64,000 nucleotides of DNA from an uncultured beta proteobacterium (GCA_963772865.1 CAVYZA010000034.1:291550-355549); one strand, 5' to 3'. Positions 17,571 through 28,700 are shown, counted from the stretch's first letter. Notes: generated by a model from the sequence alone, not told the origin. Numbers and translations: made by a program.

Positions 17571-20500
17571 GTGATGGCGATGGTGACGCTGGCCGAGGCC
17601 GTCTGCGCACCACCCGATCCGGTGTTCCCGGAATCGTCCACGCTCAACGTCAACGTGTCGGAGGCCGGCGGCGTGTCGCTATTGATTACATAGCTGGCCG
17701 TGGCTGCGAAGTTGCCGGCCAGCAGGTCGTTGATCTGCGCCAGCGTGCCCGTCAGCGTAATGCTGCCGCTCCCGTTGCCGGCCACTGCGACACCGGTGGT
17801 GCCAGCGCTGACGTTCAGCGTGCCGGACACGACCGACAGACTCGCGGTGAGGATCCCCGCGCCCGCATCCAGGTCGGCAATGCTCAGGCCGGTTCCCTCC
17901 AGCGCCAGGCTGGTCTGCTCGGTCGCGGCGTAGCTCGCCGCTGCGATCGTGGCTGAGGGCGTATCGTTGACTGCAGCGATGTTGATCGTCGCAGTGGCCG
18001 ATCCGCTCTGCGCACCGCCCGAGCCGGTGTTGCCGCCATCGTTCACGCTCAAGGTCAGCGTGTCGCTCGCCGGAGGCATGTCGGAGTTGATAAGGTAGGA
18101 CAGCGCACCGCCGCCCGCACCCACCAGCAGGTCGTTGATCTGCGTGAGCGTACCGGTGAGGGTAATGCTGTTGCTCCCGTTACCCGCTATGCTCACGCCG
18201 GTACCGCCGGCGGTCGCAGTCAGCGTACCCGACACCACCGAAACCATTGCTGTGACGCTGGTCGTGCCGGCATCCACGTCGGCAATGCTCAGTCCCGTTC
18301 CGGACAACACCAGTGGAATCTGTTCGGCGGCGACGTAGCTGGTTGCGCCGATAGTGGCCTCGGGCGCGTCGTTGACGGCGCTGATGTTGATGGTGGCGCT
18401 GTCCGAGCCGCTCAGAGCTCCGCCCGAGCCGGAGTTGCCACCGTCGTTCACGCTGAGCGTGAGCGTGTCCGCCGTGGCCGGCGCGTCGGAGCTCATGATA
18501 TAGGCAGCCGTGGCCCCCAGGTTGCCTGCCAGCAGGTCGTTGATCTGCACCAGCGTGCCGGTCAGGGTCACGCTATCGGTGCCCGAGCCGCCTATGGTCA
18601 CGCCGGTGGTCCCCGCAGTGACGGTAAGCGCACCCGAAACTACCGACAAGGTGGCGGTGATGTCCGCACCGCCCGCGTCCGGATCCGTGATCGACAGCCC
18701 GGTGCCGTGCAGCACCAGCGCCACCTGCTCAGTGGCCGCATAGCTTGCCGGCGTAATCGTCGCCGTGGGCGCGTCGTTGACCGCCCCGATGTTGATGGCG
18801 ACGCTGGCCGAGCCGATCTGCGCACCGCCCGAACCGGTGTTGCCACCATCGTTCACGTTCAAGCTCAGCGTGTCGCTCGCCGGCGGAGTGTCGGAGTTCA
18901 TGATGTAGCTCGCCGTGCCACCCAGGTTGCCGGCGAGCAGATCGTTGATCTGCATCAGCGTGCCGGTCAAGGTCACGCTATTGCTCCCCGAGCCGCCCAC
19001 CACCACACCAGTGGTCCCTGCGTTGACCGTGAGGGTTCCCGAGACGACCGACAAGGTGGCCATGAGACTGGCCGATCCCGCGTCCAAGTCGCCGATCGAC
19101 AACCCAGTGCCCTGCAGTGCCAGGCTCACCTGCTCGCTCGCGCTGTAGCTGCCCGCCGCAATGGTTGCGCTGGGCGCGTCGTTGACGGCCGCAATGTTGA
19201 TGGTGGCTGCATCCGAGCCGCTCTGTGCTCCGCCAGAGCCGCTGTTGCCCGCATCGTCCACACTCAGCGTCAGCGTGTCGGTCGCCGGTGGCGCGTCGGA
19301 GCTGATCGCGTAGACCGCGGTGGCGCCCAGGTTGCCGGCCAGCAGGTTGTTGATCTGCGCCAGCGTGCCCGTCAGGGTTACGCTATTGGTGCCTGAGCCG
19401 CCGATCGTGACGCCAGTGGTCCCAGCGGTGACGGTGAGTGCGCCCGAAACCACCGACAAGGTGGCCGTAACGTCGGCGCCGCCGGCATCAGGATCCGCGA
19501 TCGACAGCCCGGTCCCGTGCAGGGTCAGGCTGGTCTGCTCGGCCGCTGAGTAGGTGGCGGGCGTGATCGTCGCCGTGGGCGCGTCGTTGACCGCCCCGAT
19601 GTTGATGGCGACGTTGGCCGAGCCGCTCTGCGCGCCGCCTGAACCAGTGTTGCCACCATCGCTTACGCTCAAGGTCAGCGTGTCGCTGGCCGGCGGCGTG
19701 TCGGAGTTGATAACGTAGCTCGCCGTACTACCGAGGTTGCCCGCCAGCAGATTGTTGATCTGCACCAGCGTGCCGGTCAGGGTCACCGTGTTGCCGCCTG
19801 AGCCCCCCACCACCACACCGGTGGTGCCCGCGTTGACAGTGAGCGTGCCGGAGACCAGCGACAAGGTCGCGGTGAGACTGGCAGGGCCCGCATCCGCGTC
19901 GCTGATCGACAGCCCGGTGCCGTGCAGTGCGAGGCTCACCTGCTCGGTTGCGCTGTAGCTGCCCGCGGTGATGGTTGCGGTGGGCGGGTCGTTGACCGCT
20001 GAGATATTAATGGTGGCGCTGTCCGAGCCGGTCTGCGCACCGCCAGAGCCCGTGTTGCCACCGTCGTTCACACCCAGGGTCAGCGTATCGGTCGCCGGCG
20101 GCGCATCCGACCCGATGATGTAGGTTGCGGTGGCCCCCAGGTTGCCTGCCAGCAGGTCATTGATCTGCACCAGCGTGCCGGTCAGGGTCACGCTATCAGT
20201 GCCCGAGCCGCCTATGGTCACGCCGGTGGTCCCCGCAGTGACGGTAAGCGCACCCGAAACTACCGACAAGGTGGCGGTGATGTCCGCACCGCCCGCGTCC
20301 GGATCCGTGATCGACAGCCCGGTGCCGTGCAGCACCAGCGCCACCTGCTCAGTGGCCGCATAGCTTGCCGGCGTAATCGTCGCCGTGGGCGCGTCGTTGA
20401 CCGCCCCGATGTTGATGGCGACGCTGGCCGAGCCGATCTGCGCACCGCCCGAACCGGTGTTGCCACCATCGTTCACGTTCAAGCTCAGCGTGTCGCTCGC

Positions 20501-23500
20501 CGGCGGAGTGTCGGAGTTCATGATGTAGCTCGCCGTGCCACCCAGGTTGCCGGCGAGCAGATCGTTGATCTGCATCAGCGTGCCGGTCAAGGTCACGCTA
20601 TTGCTCCCCGAGCCGCCCACCACCACACCAGTGGTCCCTGCGTTGACCGTGAGGGTTCCCGAGACGACCGACAAGGTGGCCATGAGACTGGCCGATCCCG
20701 CGTCCAAGTCGCCGATCGACAACCCAGTGCCCTGCAGTGCCAGGCTCACCTGCTCGCTCGCGCTGTAGCTGCCCGCCGCAATGGTTGCGCTGGGCGCGTC
20801 GTTGACGGCGCTCACGTTGATATTCATCGTCCGCGGCGTCGGGTCGGTGTCGACACCGCCGTTAGCGGTGCCCCCATCGTCTCGCACCTGGAACGTGAAC
20901 GCCGCATAGCCCGTGCCGTTCGTGTCCGCCGCTGGAGTGAACTTGAGGTTGCCGGCCGTGATACTGCCTGCGGTGATGTCTTGTCCTGCGGAGACTGCGA
21001 CCCCCGACAGCGTAAGAGTGCCTGCCCCGGGCAGCGCTGTGATGCGTACGACGTCCAGGCTATTCGCGGGACTGTCACTTAAATCAGCGAACCCGAAGTC
21101 CGCGACCGTAAACGTATACGCGACGTCCTCGCTGATCGTCACTGTGTTGCTGTTGCCTGCGGGCGGGTCGTTGACCGGATTGATGGTCAGTGTGACTGTT
21201 GCGATGTTCGAGTCGTTGCTGCCATCATTTGCTAAGTACGTGAAGCTATCTGCACCCGCATAGTCCGCCACCGGCGTATAGGTGAAGGTGCCGTCTGGAT
21301 TCAGGGTGAAGGCCGCAGCGTGTGTGGGGCCGCTCACCAGCAGCGCGGACAACGGTTGTCCGCTTGGGCTCGAATCGTTGGCGAGGACCCCGCTTGATCC
21401 TGTTGCCGTCTGGGCGGCACCAACGCTGAGGAACGCGTTGGTCATGGTCAGGTACTCGGCCTGAATCCACGCAGCGGAACGCGCGGCGATCGAAATGCGC
21501 GCCTCGTCCATGCCGCCGTGAAAGAACGAGCTACCACCGTCATCGTTCGATCCGATGGCTACGCTGTCTGAATTGGTGTTGGGAGTCGCGCTATTGAGAA
21601 AGTTGGCGATGCCCGAGGTGTTCGCGTCTTCTACCCCATCCAAGTAAATCCGGATGGCATTGGTAGAGAAATCGATCGTGGCGGCAATATAGTGCCAACC
21701 TGCTCCGAGAGGTGTATCGGTCGTGATAACCGTCGCTTTGTCTAGGTCATCGTCGGTCGAGCGTGCGACCACTTCGATGTTGTCGTTCGCGATCCGCAGT
21801 TGCGCGCGCGAATTGCCGGTCGGAATGCCGCCGTTGTCCCGGCTCGCCGCGATCACCGTTCCGTCAACAAGCGGATCGGTCGCCGTGTTGACCCACGCGG
21901 ACAGCGCGACGTAGCTGGTATTGTTTAGCAGCGGCCGATTCGTGCCCAGGTTGACGTAGTCGTCGGCACCGTCGAAGGCGAAGCCTCCTCCGATTATCCC
22001 CGTCGTGCCCGCGGCTCCATTCGTTGCGCTGCCTCCGAATGCGTTGGACGTGGAATCGCCGACGCTCGTGCCTGTGTCGGACATGTGATAGACAGCACGG
22101 AAGCCGTTGCCCGACCAGACTGCGGTCGGATCCGCTCCGGCGACTGCCGTCGCATTCCCGTAATACATCCAGATGGAATCCGAGCCGCTCGTATCGATCT
22201 GAGGCACCTTGACCCAGACATAAGAGTCGCCGGTTTCGTCCCATTTCTCGATCTCGTAGGCCAGCGGGGTCCCATCCGCGTCAAAGAAGCGCAGATCCTC
22301 ACCCGCGTCTCGCGTCTGCAGGTAATCGGTATTGCTGCTGTTGAGCGTCAAGAGCACGGGGAAATCTGACAGGTTCTGCGCGCCGGCAAACGCGTTGCCG
22401 GTAAACGTGATCTGTTTGCGCTCGCTCCATGCCGTATCCCACCAACCTATGTTGAGCGAACCGTCCTCGTCCAGGCTGTAGTTGTCTGCCGATGCAGTAG
22501 GAATGCTGGCGGCGTTAACAGTGATAGCGATGGAGTTGCCCTGCGATAGTGCGCCACCGGTCCCGGTGTTGCCGAGGTCGTTCGTGGTGATGCTGAGCGA
22601 AGCCGCACCGCTGAAACCGATCGTCGGGTCGAAAAACATGCCGTTCAGCGCGGCGTTGATATTGGCCACTGTGCCCGTAAACGTCATCGTGGCGTCGCCC
22701 GTGCCGTTACCAGTGCTAAATGTGAGGCCGGTGGTGCCCGCCAGGGTGAGTGTGCCGTTTGTCGCGGTCAGCGTGACCTGCACGGAGCTGGCGGCGGCAT
22801 CCACGTCCGCAATAGAGATGGCGTTGCCGTTGCCGCTCGAGAAAACGAGCGCCGTGTTCTGACCAGTGCCCTGCGCCGAGGGCACAGCGTTCACAGGCGC
22901 ATCGTTGACCGCGCTGATGTTGATGGTGGCGGTGTCCGATCCGGTCTTGGCGCCACCCGAGCCGTGTTGCCTCCGTCGTTGGCGAGCAGCGTGAGCGTAT
23001 CGCCGGCAGGCGGAGTGTCGGAATTGATGATGTAGCGTAGCGGTGCCGCCGAGGTTACCGGCCAGCAGGTTGTTGATCTGGGTCAGCGTCCCGGTCAGGG
23101 TCACGCTGTTGGTGCCCGAGCCCGATACCGCCGCACCGCTGGTGCCCGCGGTCACCGTGAGCGTGCCCGAAACCACCGAGAGCGTGGCCGTCACGCTGGC
23201 GCTGCCCGCATCCACGTCGGCGATCGACAAACCCGTCCCGTGCAAGGTCAGGCTGGTCTGCTCGGTCGCCGCATAGGTGGCCGGAGTGATCGTGGCCGTG
23301 GGCGCGTCGTTGACCGCGCTGATGTTGATGGTGGCGGTGTCCGATCCGGTCTTGGCGCCACCCGAGCCGGTGTTGCCGCCGTCGTTGGCGAGCAGCGTGA
23401 GCGTGTCGCTGGCAGGCGGAGTGTCGGAACTGATGATGTACGTAACCGTGCCGCTGAGGTTACCGGCCAGCAGGTTGTTGATCTGGGTCAGCGTCCCGGT

Positions 23501-23509
23501 CAGGGTCAC
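16358..23509 (-). CDS. Giant locus A, fragment 2 (2,383 codons)
   Basis: Continues the 135-aa repeat series. It contains a second DUF2341/LamG module (WWDTAWSERKQITF, DLRFFDADGTPLAYEIEKW, IWMYYGN), 8 more 135-aa repeats and the first 93-99-aa repeats. The last ~110 codons are out of frame (Arg/His-rich). Confidence 0.85.
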   Translation of the reverse strand: MTLTGTLTQINNLLAGNLSGTVTYIISSDTPPASDTLTLLANDGGNTGSGGAKTGSDTATINISAVNDAPTATITPATYAATEQTSLTLHGTGLSIADVDAGSASVTATLSVVSGTLTVTAGTSGAAVSGSGTNSVTLTGTLTQINNLLAGNLGGTATLHHQFRHSACRRYAHAARQRRRQHGSGGAKTGSDTATINISAVNDAPVNAVPSAQGTGQNTALVFSSGNGNAISIADVDAAASSVQVTLTATNGTLTLAGTTGLTFSTGNGTGDATMTFTGTVANINAALNGMFFDPTIGFSGAASLSITTNDLGNTGTGGALSQGNSIAITVNAASIPTASADNYSLDEDGSLNIGWWDTAWSERKQITFTGNAFAGAQNLSDFPVLLTLNSSNTDYLQTRDAGEDLRFFDADGTPLAYEIEKWDETGDSYVWVKVPQIDTSGSDSIWMYYGNATAVAGADPTAVWSGNGFRAVYHMSDTGTSVGDSTSNAFGGSATNGAAGTTGIIGGGFAFDGADDYVNLGTNRPLLNNTSYVALSAWVNTATDPLVDGTVIAASRDNGGIPTGNSRAQLRIANDNIEVVARSTDDDLDKATVITTDTPLGAGWHYIAATIDFSTNAIRIYLDGVEDANTSGIANFLNSATPNTNSDSVAIGSNDDGGSSFFHGGMDEARISIAARSAAWIQAEYLTMTNAFLSVGAAQTATGSSGVLANDSSPSGQPLSALLVSGPTHAAAFTLNPDGTFTYTPVADYAGADSFTYLANDGSNDSNIATVTLTINPVNDPPAGNSNTVTISEDVAYTFTVADFGFADLSDSPANSLDVVRITALPGAGTLTLSGVAVSAGQDITAGSITAGNLKFTPAADTNGTGYAAFTFQVRDDGGTANGGVDTDPTPRTMNINVSAVNDAPSATIAAGSYSASEQVSLALQGTGLSIGDLDAGSASLMATLSVVSGTLTVNAGTTGVVVGGSGSNSVTLTGTLMQINDLLAGNLGGTASYIMNSDTPPASDTLSLNVNDGGNTGSGGAQIGSASVAINIGAVNDAPTATITPASYAATEQVALVLHGTGLSITDPDAGGADITATLSVVSGALTVTAGTTGVTIGGSGTDSVTLTGTLVQINDLLAGNLGATATYIIGSDAPPATDTLTLGVNDGGNTGSGGAQTGSDSATINISAVNDPPTATITAGSYSATEQVSLALHGTGLSISDADAGPASLTATLSLVSGTLTVNAGTTGVVVGGSGGNTVTLTGTLVQINNLLAGNLGSTASYVINSDTPPASDTLTLSVSDGGNTGSGGAQSGSANVAINIGAVNDAPTATITPATYSAAEQTSLTLHGTGLSIADPDAGGADVTATLSVVSGALTVTAGTTGVTIGGSGTNSVTLTGTLAQINNLLAGNLGATAVYAISSDAPPATDTLTLSVDDAGNSGSGGAQSGSDAATINIAAVNDAPSATIAAGSYSASEQVSLALQGTGLSIGDLDAGSASLMATLSVVSGTLTVNAGTTGVVVGGSGSNSVTLTGTLMQINDLLAGNLGGTASYIMNSDTPPASDTLSLNVNDGGNTGSGGAQIGSASVAINIGAVNDAPTATITPASYAATEQVALVLHGTGLSITDPDAGGADITATLSVVSGALTVTAGTTGVTIGGSGTDSVTLTGTLVQINDLLAGNLGATAAYIMSSDAPATADTLTLSVNDGGNSGSGGALSGSDSATINISAVNDAPEATIGATSYVAAEQIPLVLSGTGLSIADVDAGTTSVTAMVSVVSGTLTATAGGTGVSIAGNGSNSITLTGTLTQINDLLVGAGGGALSYLINSDMPPASDTLTLSVNDGGNTGSGGAQSGSATATINIAAVNDTPSATIAAASYAATEQTSLALEGTGLSIADLDAGAGILTASLSVVSGTLNVSAGTTGVAVAGNGSGSITLTGTLAQINDLLAGNFAATASYVINSDTPPASDTLTLSVDDSGNTGSGGAQTASASVTIAITPVNDAPTGAAGIIGISIEDAVLTADTSGIGDPDGLGAVTYQWARSTDGGTTWNPILGATGSSYTLGDADVNAFIQMSLAYVDGQGNAESLSSPSLGPVSNVNDAPSGAVIVTGTVTEDQTLTADTSSIGDADGLGGFAYQWARSTDSGVTWNDITGETASTYVLGDADVGNLIQVSVSYTDGQGSAESLTSADVGPVANVNDAPTGVPTISGTVTEDQTLTANTAGIADADGLGAFSYQWLRNGAVIATATGSTYTLGDADVGTQISVQVSYTDGQGTPESRHLGADRGGGQRQRRAERACHRQRHSHGRSDPDRGHQRHRRCRRPGRASATSGCATRRTWTHRGRDGLHLHPGRCRRGHPDQRAGELHRRAGHCRERYLGADCGRWPTSTMPRRGCPPSAAR
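17556..20806. repeat. Coding tandem repeats, block II: 8 x 405 bp (135 aa), moderately diverged, with a 1,620-bp higher-order duplication
   Basis: VNDAP-encoding motifs occur every ~405 bp (17560, 17965, 18370, 18775, 19180, 19585, 19990, 20395, 20800). Region 18511-19188 is nearly identical to 20131-20808. Confidence 0.9.
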
Positions 23510-25745
23510 GCTGTTGGTGCCCGAGCCCGATACCGCCGCACCGCGTGGTGCCCGCGGTCACCGTGAGCGTGCCCGAGACCACCGAGAGCGTGGCCGTCAC
23601 GCTGGCGCTGCCCGCATCCACGTCGGCGATCGACAAGCCCGTGCCGTGCAAGGTCAGGCTGGTCTGCTCGGTCGCCGCATAGGTGGCCGGAGTGATCGTG
23701 GCCGTGGGCGCGTCGTTGACCGCGCTGATGTTGATGGTGGCGGTGTCCGATCCGGTCTTGGCGCCACCCGAGCCCGTGTTGCCTCCGTCGTTGGCGAGCA
23801 GCGTGAGCGTATCGCTGGCAGGCGGAGTGTCGGAGTTGATGATGTAGCTAGCCGTGCCGCTGAGGTTACCGGCCAGCAGGTTGTTGATCTGGGTGAGCGT
23901 CCCGGTCAGGGTCACGCTGTTGGTGCCCGAGCCCGATACCGCCGCACCGCTGGTGCCCGCGGTCACCGTGAGCGTGCCCGAAACCACCGAGAGCGTGGCC
24001 GTCACGCTGGCGCTGCCCGCATCCACGTCGGCGATCGACAAACCCGTCCCGTGCAAGGTCAAGCTGGTCTGCTCGGTCGCCGCATAGGTGGCCGGAGTGA
24101 TCGTGGCCGTGGGCGCGTCGTTGACCGCGCTGATGTTGATGGTGGCGGTGTCCGATCCGGTCTTGGCGCCACCCGAGCCCGTGTTGCCTCCGTCGTTGGC
24201 GAGCAGCGTGAGCGTATCGCTGGCAGGCGGAGTGTCGGAACTGATGATGTACGTAACCGTGCCGCTGAGGTTACCGGCCAGCAAGTTGTTGATCTGGGTC
24301 AGCGTCCCGGTCAGGGTCACGCTGTTGGTGCCCGAGCCCGATACCGCCGCACCGCTGGTGCCCGCGGTCACCGTGAGCGTGCCCGAAACCACCGAGAGCG
24401 TGGCCGTCACGCTGGCGCTGCCCGCATCCACGTCGGCGATCGACAAACCCGTCCCGTGCAAGGTCAAGCTGGTCTGCTCGGTCGCCGCATAGGTGGCCGG
24501 AGTGATCGTGGCCGTGGGCGCGTCGTTGACCGCGCTGATGTTGATGGTGGCGGTGTCCGATCCGGTCTTGGCGCCACCCGAGCCCGTGTTGCCTCCGTCG
24601 TTGGCGAGCAGCGTGAGCGTATCGCTGGCAGGCGGAGTGTCGGAACTGATGATGTACGTAACCGTGCCGCTGAGGTTACCGGCCAGCAGGTTGTTGATCT
24701 GGGTCAGCGTCCCGGTCAGGGTCACGCTGTTGGTGCCCGAGCCCGATACCGCCGCACCGCTGGTGCCCGCGGTCACCGTGAGCGTGCCCGAAACCACCGA
24801 GAGCGTGGCCGTCACGCTGGCGCTGCCCGCATCCACGTCGGCGATCGACAAACCCGTCCCGTGCAAGGTCAAGCTGGTCTGCTCGGTCGCCGCATAGGTG
24901 GCCGGAGTGATCGTGGCCGTGGGCGCGTCGTTGACCGCGCTGATGTTGATGGTGGCGGTGTCCGATCCGGTCTTGGCGCCACCCGAGCCCGTGTTGCCTC
25001 CGTCGTTGGCGAGCAGCGTGAGCGTATCGCTGGCAGGCGGAGTGTCGGAGCTGATGATGTAGCTAGCCGTGCCGCTCAGGTTACCGGCCAGCAGGTTGTT
25101 GATCTGGGTCAGCGTCCCGGTCAGGGTCACGCTGTTGGTGCCCGAGCCCGATACCGCCGCACCGCTGGTGCCCGCGGTCACCGTGAGCGTGCCCGAAACC
25201 ACCGAGAGCGTGGCCGTCACGCTGGCGCTGCCCGCATCCACGTCGGCGATCGACAAACCCGTCCCGTGCAAGGTCAAGCTGGTCTGCTCGGTCGCCGCAT
25301 AGGTGGCCGGAGTGATCGTGGCCGTGGGCGCGTCGTTGACCGCGCTGATGTTGATGGTGGCGGTGTCCGATCCGGTCTTGGCGCCACCCGAGCCGGTGTT
25401 GCCTCCGTCGTTGGCGAGCAGCGTGAGCGTATCGCTGGCAGGCGGTGTATTCGAGTTAATGACGTAGCTTGCCGTGGCGCTCAGGTTACCGGCCAGCAGG
25501 TTGTTGATCTGCGTGAGCGTGCCGGTCAGGGTCACGCTGTTGGTGCCCGAACCCGATACGGCCGCACCGGTGGTCCCCGCAGTCACTGTGAGCGTGCCGG
25601 AGACAACGGACAGGGTCGCTGTCACGCTGCCGCCGCCCGCGTCTACGTCGGCGATCGAAAGTCCGGTGCCATGCAGGGTCAGGCTGGCCTGCTCTGTGGC
25701 CGCGTAGCTGATTGGCGTGATCGTGGCGGTCGGTGCATCGTTGAC
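22896..25745. repeat. Coding tandem repeats, block I: 7 x 405 bp (135 aa), almost identical at nucleotide level
   Basis: The antisense ORFs 24088..24492 and 24493..24897 are each exactly 405 bp with near-identical translations. The unit is TATITPATYAATEQTSLTLHGTGLSIADVDAGSASVTATLSVVSGTLTVTAGTSGAAVSGSGTNSVTLTGTLTQINNLLAGNLSGT.SYI.SSDTPPASDTLTLLANDGGNTGSGGAKTGSDTATINISAVNDAP. Confidence 0.9.
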
Positions 25746-28700
25746 GGGATTGACCGTGATCGTGACCGTCGCGAGGTTGGAGTTGTTCGTGCCGTCGTTG
25801 GCCCGATAGGTAAAGGTGTCGGTGCCGCTGAAGTTGGCCGTCGGCGTATAGGTGAAGCCGCCATTGGCGTTGAGCGTGAACGAGGCTGCGTTCGAGGGGC
25901 CTCCGACCAACACAGCGGTGAGCGCGTCCCCGTTGGGATCGCTGTCGTTGCCAAGTACACCGATGCCTTGCGCGGCGCTGAACCCCACAAACGCATCTGT
26001 CATGGATAGGTACTGCGCCTTGATCCAGGCGGCAGAACGCACCTGGGTGGAGACGCGGGCTTCGTCGATGCTACCGTTGTAGTAGCCGTCGGTGCCGTTG
26101 GGCCAACCATTGGTCTTGTATCCGCCCAACCGCCAGTAGCCGTTGTAGTTCTCCGAGCTGGCGTTGGGCGAGGTGTCGACCAGCACGCCGTCGACGTACA
26201 GCGAGAGGGTATCGGTGCCGTCGTTGCGCACCCCTACGGCATAGTGCCAGGCGCCGTCGGCATAGTTGGTGGTCGAGTTGGCGACGTCCTCGCTGTCGGT
26301 CGGCTGGTAGTACGATCCGAAGTACAAACGGCCGTCCGTCCCGACGTAAAGGTGTCGATCCCAGTCCGGGCTGGCGGTGCCGGTCTGGTTGGTCTCGAAT
26401 CCGAGGATCTTCCTGCCGGCTGCCGAGCTCGTGCGGAACCACGCCTCGATGGTGTATTGCTGCGGGTTGGAGAACTGTGTCGTCGTGTACACCTGGGCGT
26501 TGGTGCCGTTGAAGTTCTGCCCGCTGGCTATCACCCCCGCCCCGTTGGTGGAGTTGCTGTTGATGCCATCGTTGGTTCCAGCCGAATCCTGCTCATCGGT
26601 GTTGAGGTGCCACACGCCGCTGAACCCGGCGTCCCAGACCGCAGTGGCATTCTGCGTGTCCGGCGCCGCGGCATTGCCGTAGTACATCCAGATGTAGTCG
26701 GAGCCGGATGACGCGTCGATCTGCGGAACGCTTACCCAGACGTACGATGTCCCGCTCTCGTTCCAGCTTTCGATCTCGTGCGCCAGAAGAGTCCCGTTGC
26801 TGTCAACGAAGCGCAGGTCCTGACCGGCGTTCTGCGTGAGCGCGTAGTTGATGCGCGTGCTGTCGAGCTCGACCAGCACCGCGAAGTTGGTCAGGTTCTC
26901 GGCCTGGCCGGAGTTGTCGAAGGTGAGCTGCTTGCGCTGGCTCCAGCTGGTGTTCCACCAGCTGGACGCTTGCGGGATCGTGAGCGTGCCCTCCTCGTTG
27001 ACGCTGTAGGCATCGTTGGTGGCCACGGGGGCCGTGCCCGCCACCGTGGCGTTCACGCCGAACTCCGAGGTGTTGTTGGAGCCGTCCGTGGCCGTTGCGG
27101 TAACGCGGTCGCCGAGCGCCAGGCCGCTCACGGTGAGCGACCCGCTGAAGTTGCCGCTGGCGTTGGCAGTCAGGAAGCCCAGGTAGACCTGGCCCTCGCC
27201 GTTCGTCCCCGCAGCGTCCGCGCTCTTGAAGAACTCGACCCGCGCCCCGGCGAAATCGGTATCGCCGGACGCAGTGCCGATGTATCCCGCCAGCGTGAGG
27301 GTCGTCCCGTTCAGGCTGGCCGTCTGGATCACGGGGAAGTCCATCAGCTGGTTGGGCTGCCCGGCCGTCTTCGCGCCATCGTTGGCGGTGACCCCGTTGT
27401 CCAGCAAGTCGATGCCCAGATCGCCGTTGGAGAAGATAGCGTTGCCCAGCACAGCGTTGCCGGTACCGGCGGTGGCGCTCAGCGCCACGCCGTCCAAGGC
27501 GTTGTACGCGATGGTGTTGCCGGCTCCGGCGCCCGTGCCTCCGATGGTGTTGTTCGCCGCCGCGTTGTCGATCCACACGCCCTGTCTGCTGTTGGCGATC
27601 GCGGCAGTACCCGCAGCATTGGTGCCGATCAGATTCCCCAGCACGACGTTGCCGGTCGTGCCGGAGCCGGTAATCCGCACGCCTTCTCCGTTGTTCCCGG
27701 ACATCACGTTGCCGGCGCCCGCCGCGGTGCCTCCGATCGTGTTATTGGTTGCGCTGCCGAAGATCGCCACACCCTGATTGGTGTTGCCAAGATCGACCGC
27801 GCCGGTCACGTCCAGACCGATGTAGTTGCCGAGCACCACGTTGCTCGAGGTGCCCGCGTTGCGGATCTGGATACCGTCGACGGTATTGGCTGAGATGATG
27901 TTGCGATCTGCAGCTGTGGTGCCCCCGATCGTGTTGTTGGTCGAACCGAGGATGATCGACACGCCGACCAGATTTCCGAGACCCACCGTGCCCGCCGCGC
28001 TGGTTCCCAGGAAGTTGCCCTTGATGACATTGTTCGACGAGGCGCTGATCAGGATGCCTTCCTGCGCGAAGCGATTGATGACCAGCCCCTTGATCGTGCT
28101 GCCCGAGCTGCCGGCCGCGAGCGTCAGGCCTGCCGAGGCACCGGCTCCAATACCGTTCAGCTCGACCACTGGTGTGCCGGCGAAGTCGGGCGCGCTGGTG
28201 CCATCGATGATCACGGCGTCAACGATGTTCGGCAACGCCGAGCTCAAGGCGATGGTGTGCGGTCCGGCACCCGCGATGTTGAAGTAGATTCGGTCGGGGC
28301 TGTTGGCGTTCGCATTGGCAGTATTGTTGGCGGCGAAGATCGCCTCCCGCAGCGAGATCTTGCCGTCCGTGCCTTTGTCCGACAGCAATTGGCTGATCGT
28401 GACCGTGCCCGACGCAAAGGACGAGTCGTAAGCGTTGCTGACCGTGTCGACCACCAAGGCGGTGGCGTAACGCTGAAAGAACACACCACTGCCGTCGCCG
28501 GTGCCGTTGCCCGCCCAAGCGACCACCGTCTGCCCGACAGAGTTCATAGCGACAGCAGGACTGAGTTGATCGCCCGCAGTGGTGCTGTTGACGCGCACTT
28601 CTCCGCCGTTGGCTGTGCCGTCGGCGTTGTACTCCTGTTTGTAGATGCCCCAGGTGCCGGCCGCATCCTGGTTTTGGCTGGCCCATACCACCATGAAGTT

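Noticed and set aside
14713-25745. Strict 279-bp and 405-bp periodicity, considered as a possible CRISPR or other non-coding array
   Set aside because: The units abut without spacers, are far longer than CRISPR repeats, and translate in frame into Ig/cadherin-like repeats ending in VNDAP. They are coding tandem repeats.
23277-26009. 910-aa plus-strand ORF, and many 77-134-aa plus-strand ORFs with a 405-bp period
   Set aside because: These are antisense to the giant locus A repeats. The translation is Arg/Gly/Asp/His-rich low complexity (..GRRSVG.DDV..RAAEVTGQQVVDLGQRPGQGHAVGARARYRRTA..), typical of open antisense frames in GC-rich DNA. The minus strand gives clean domain sequence.
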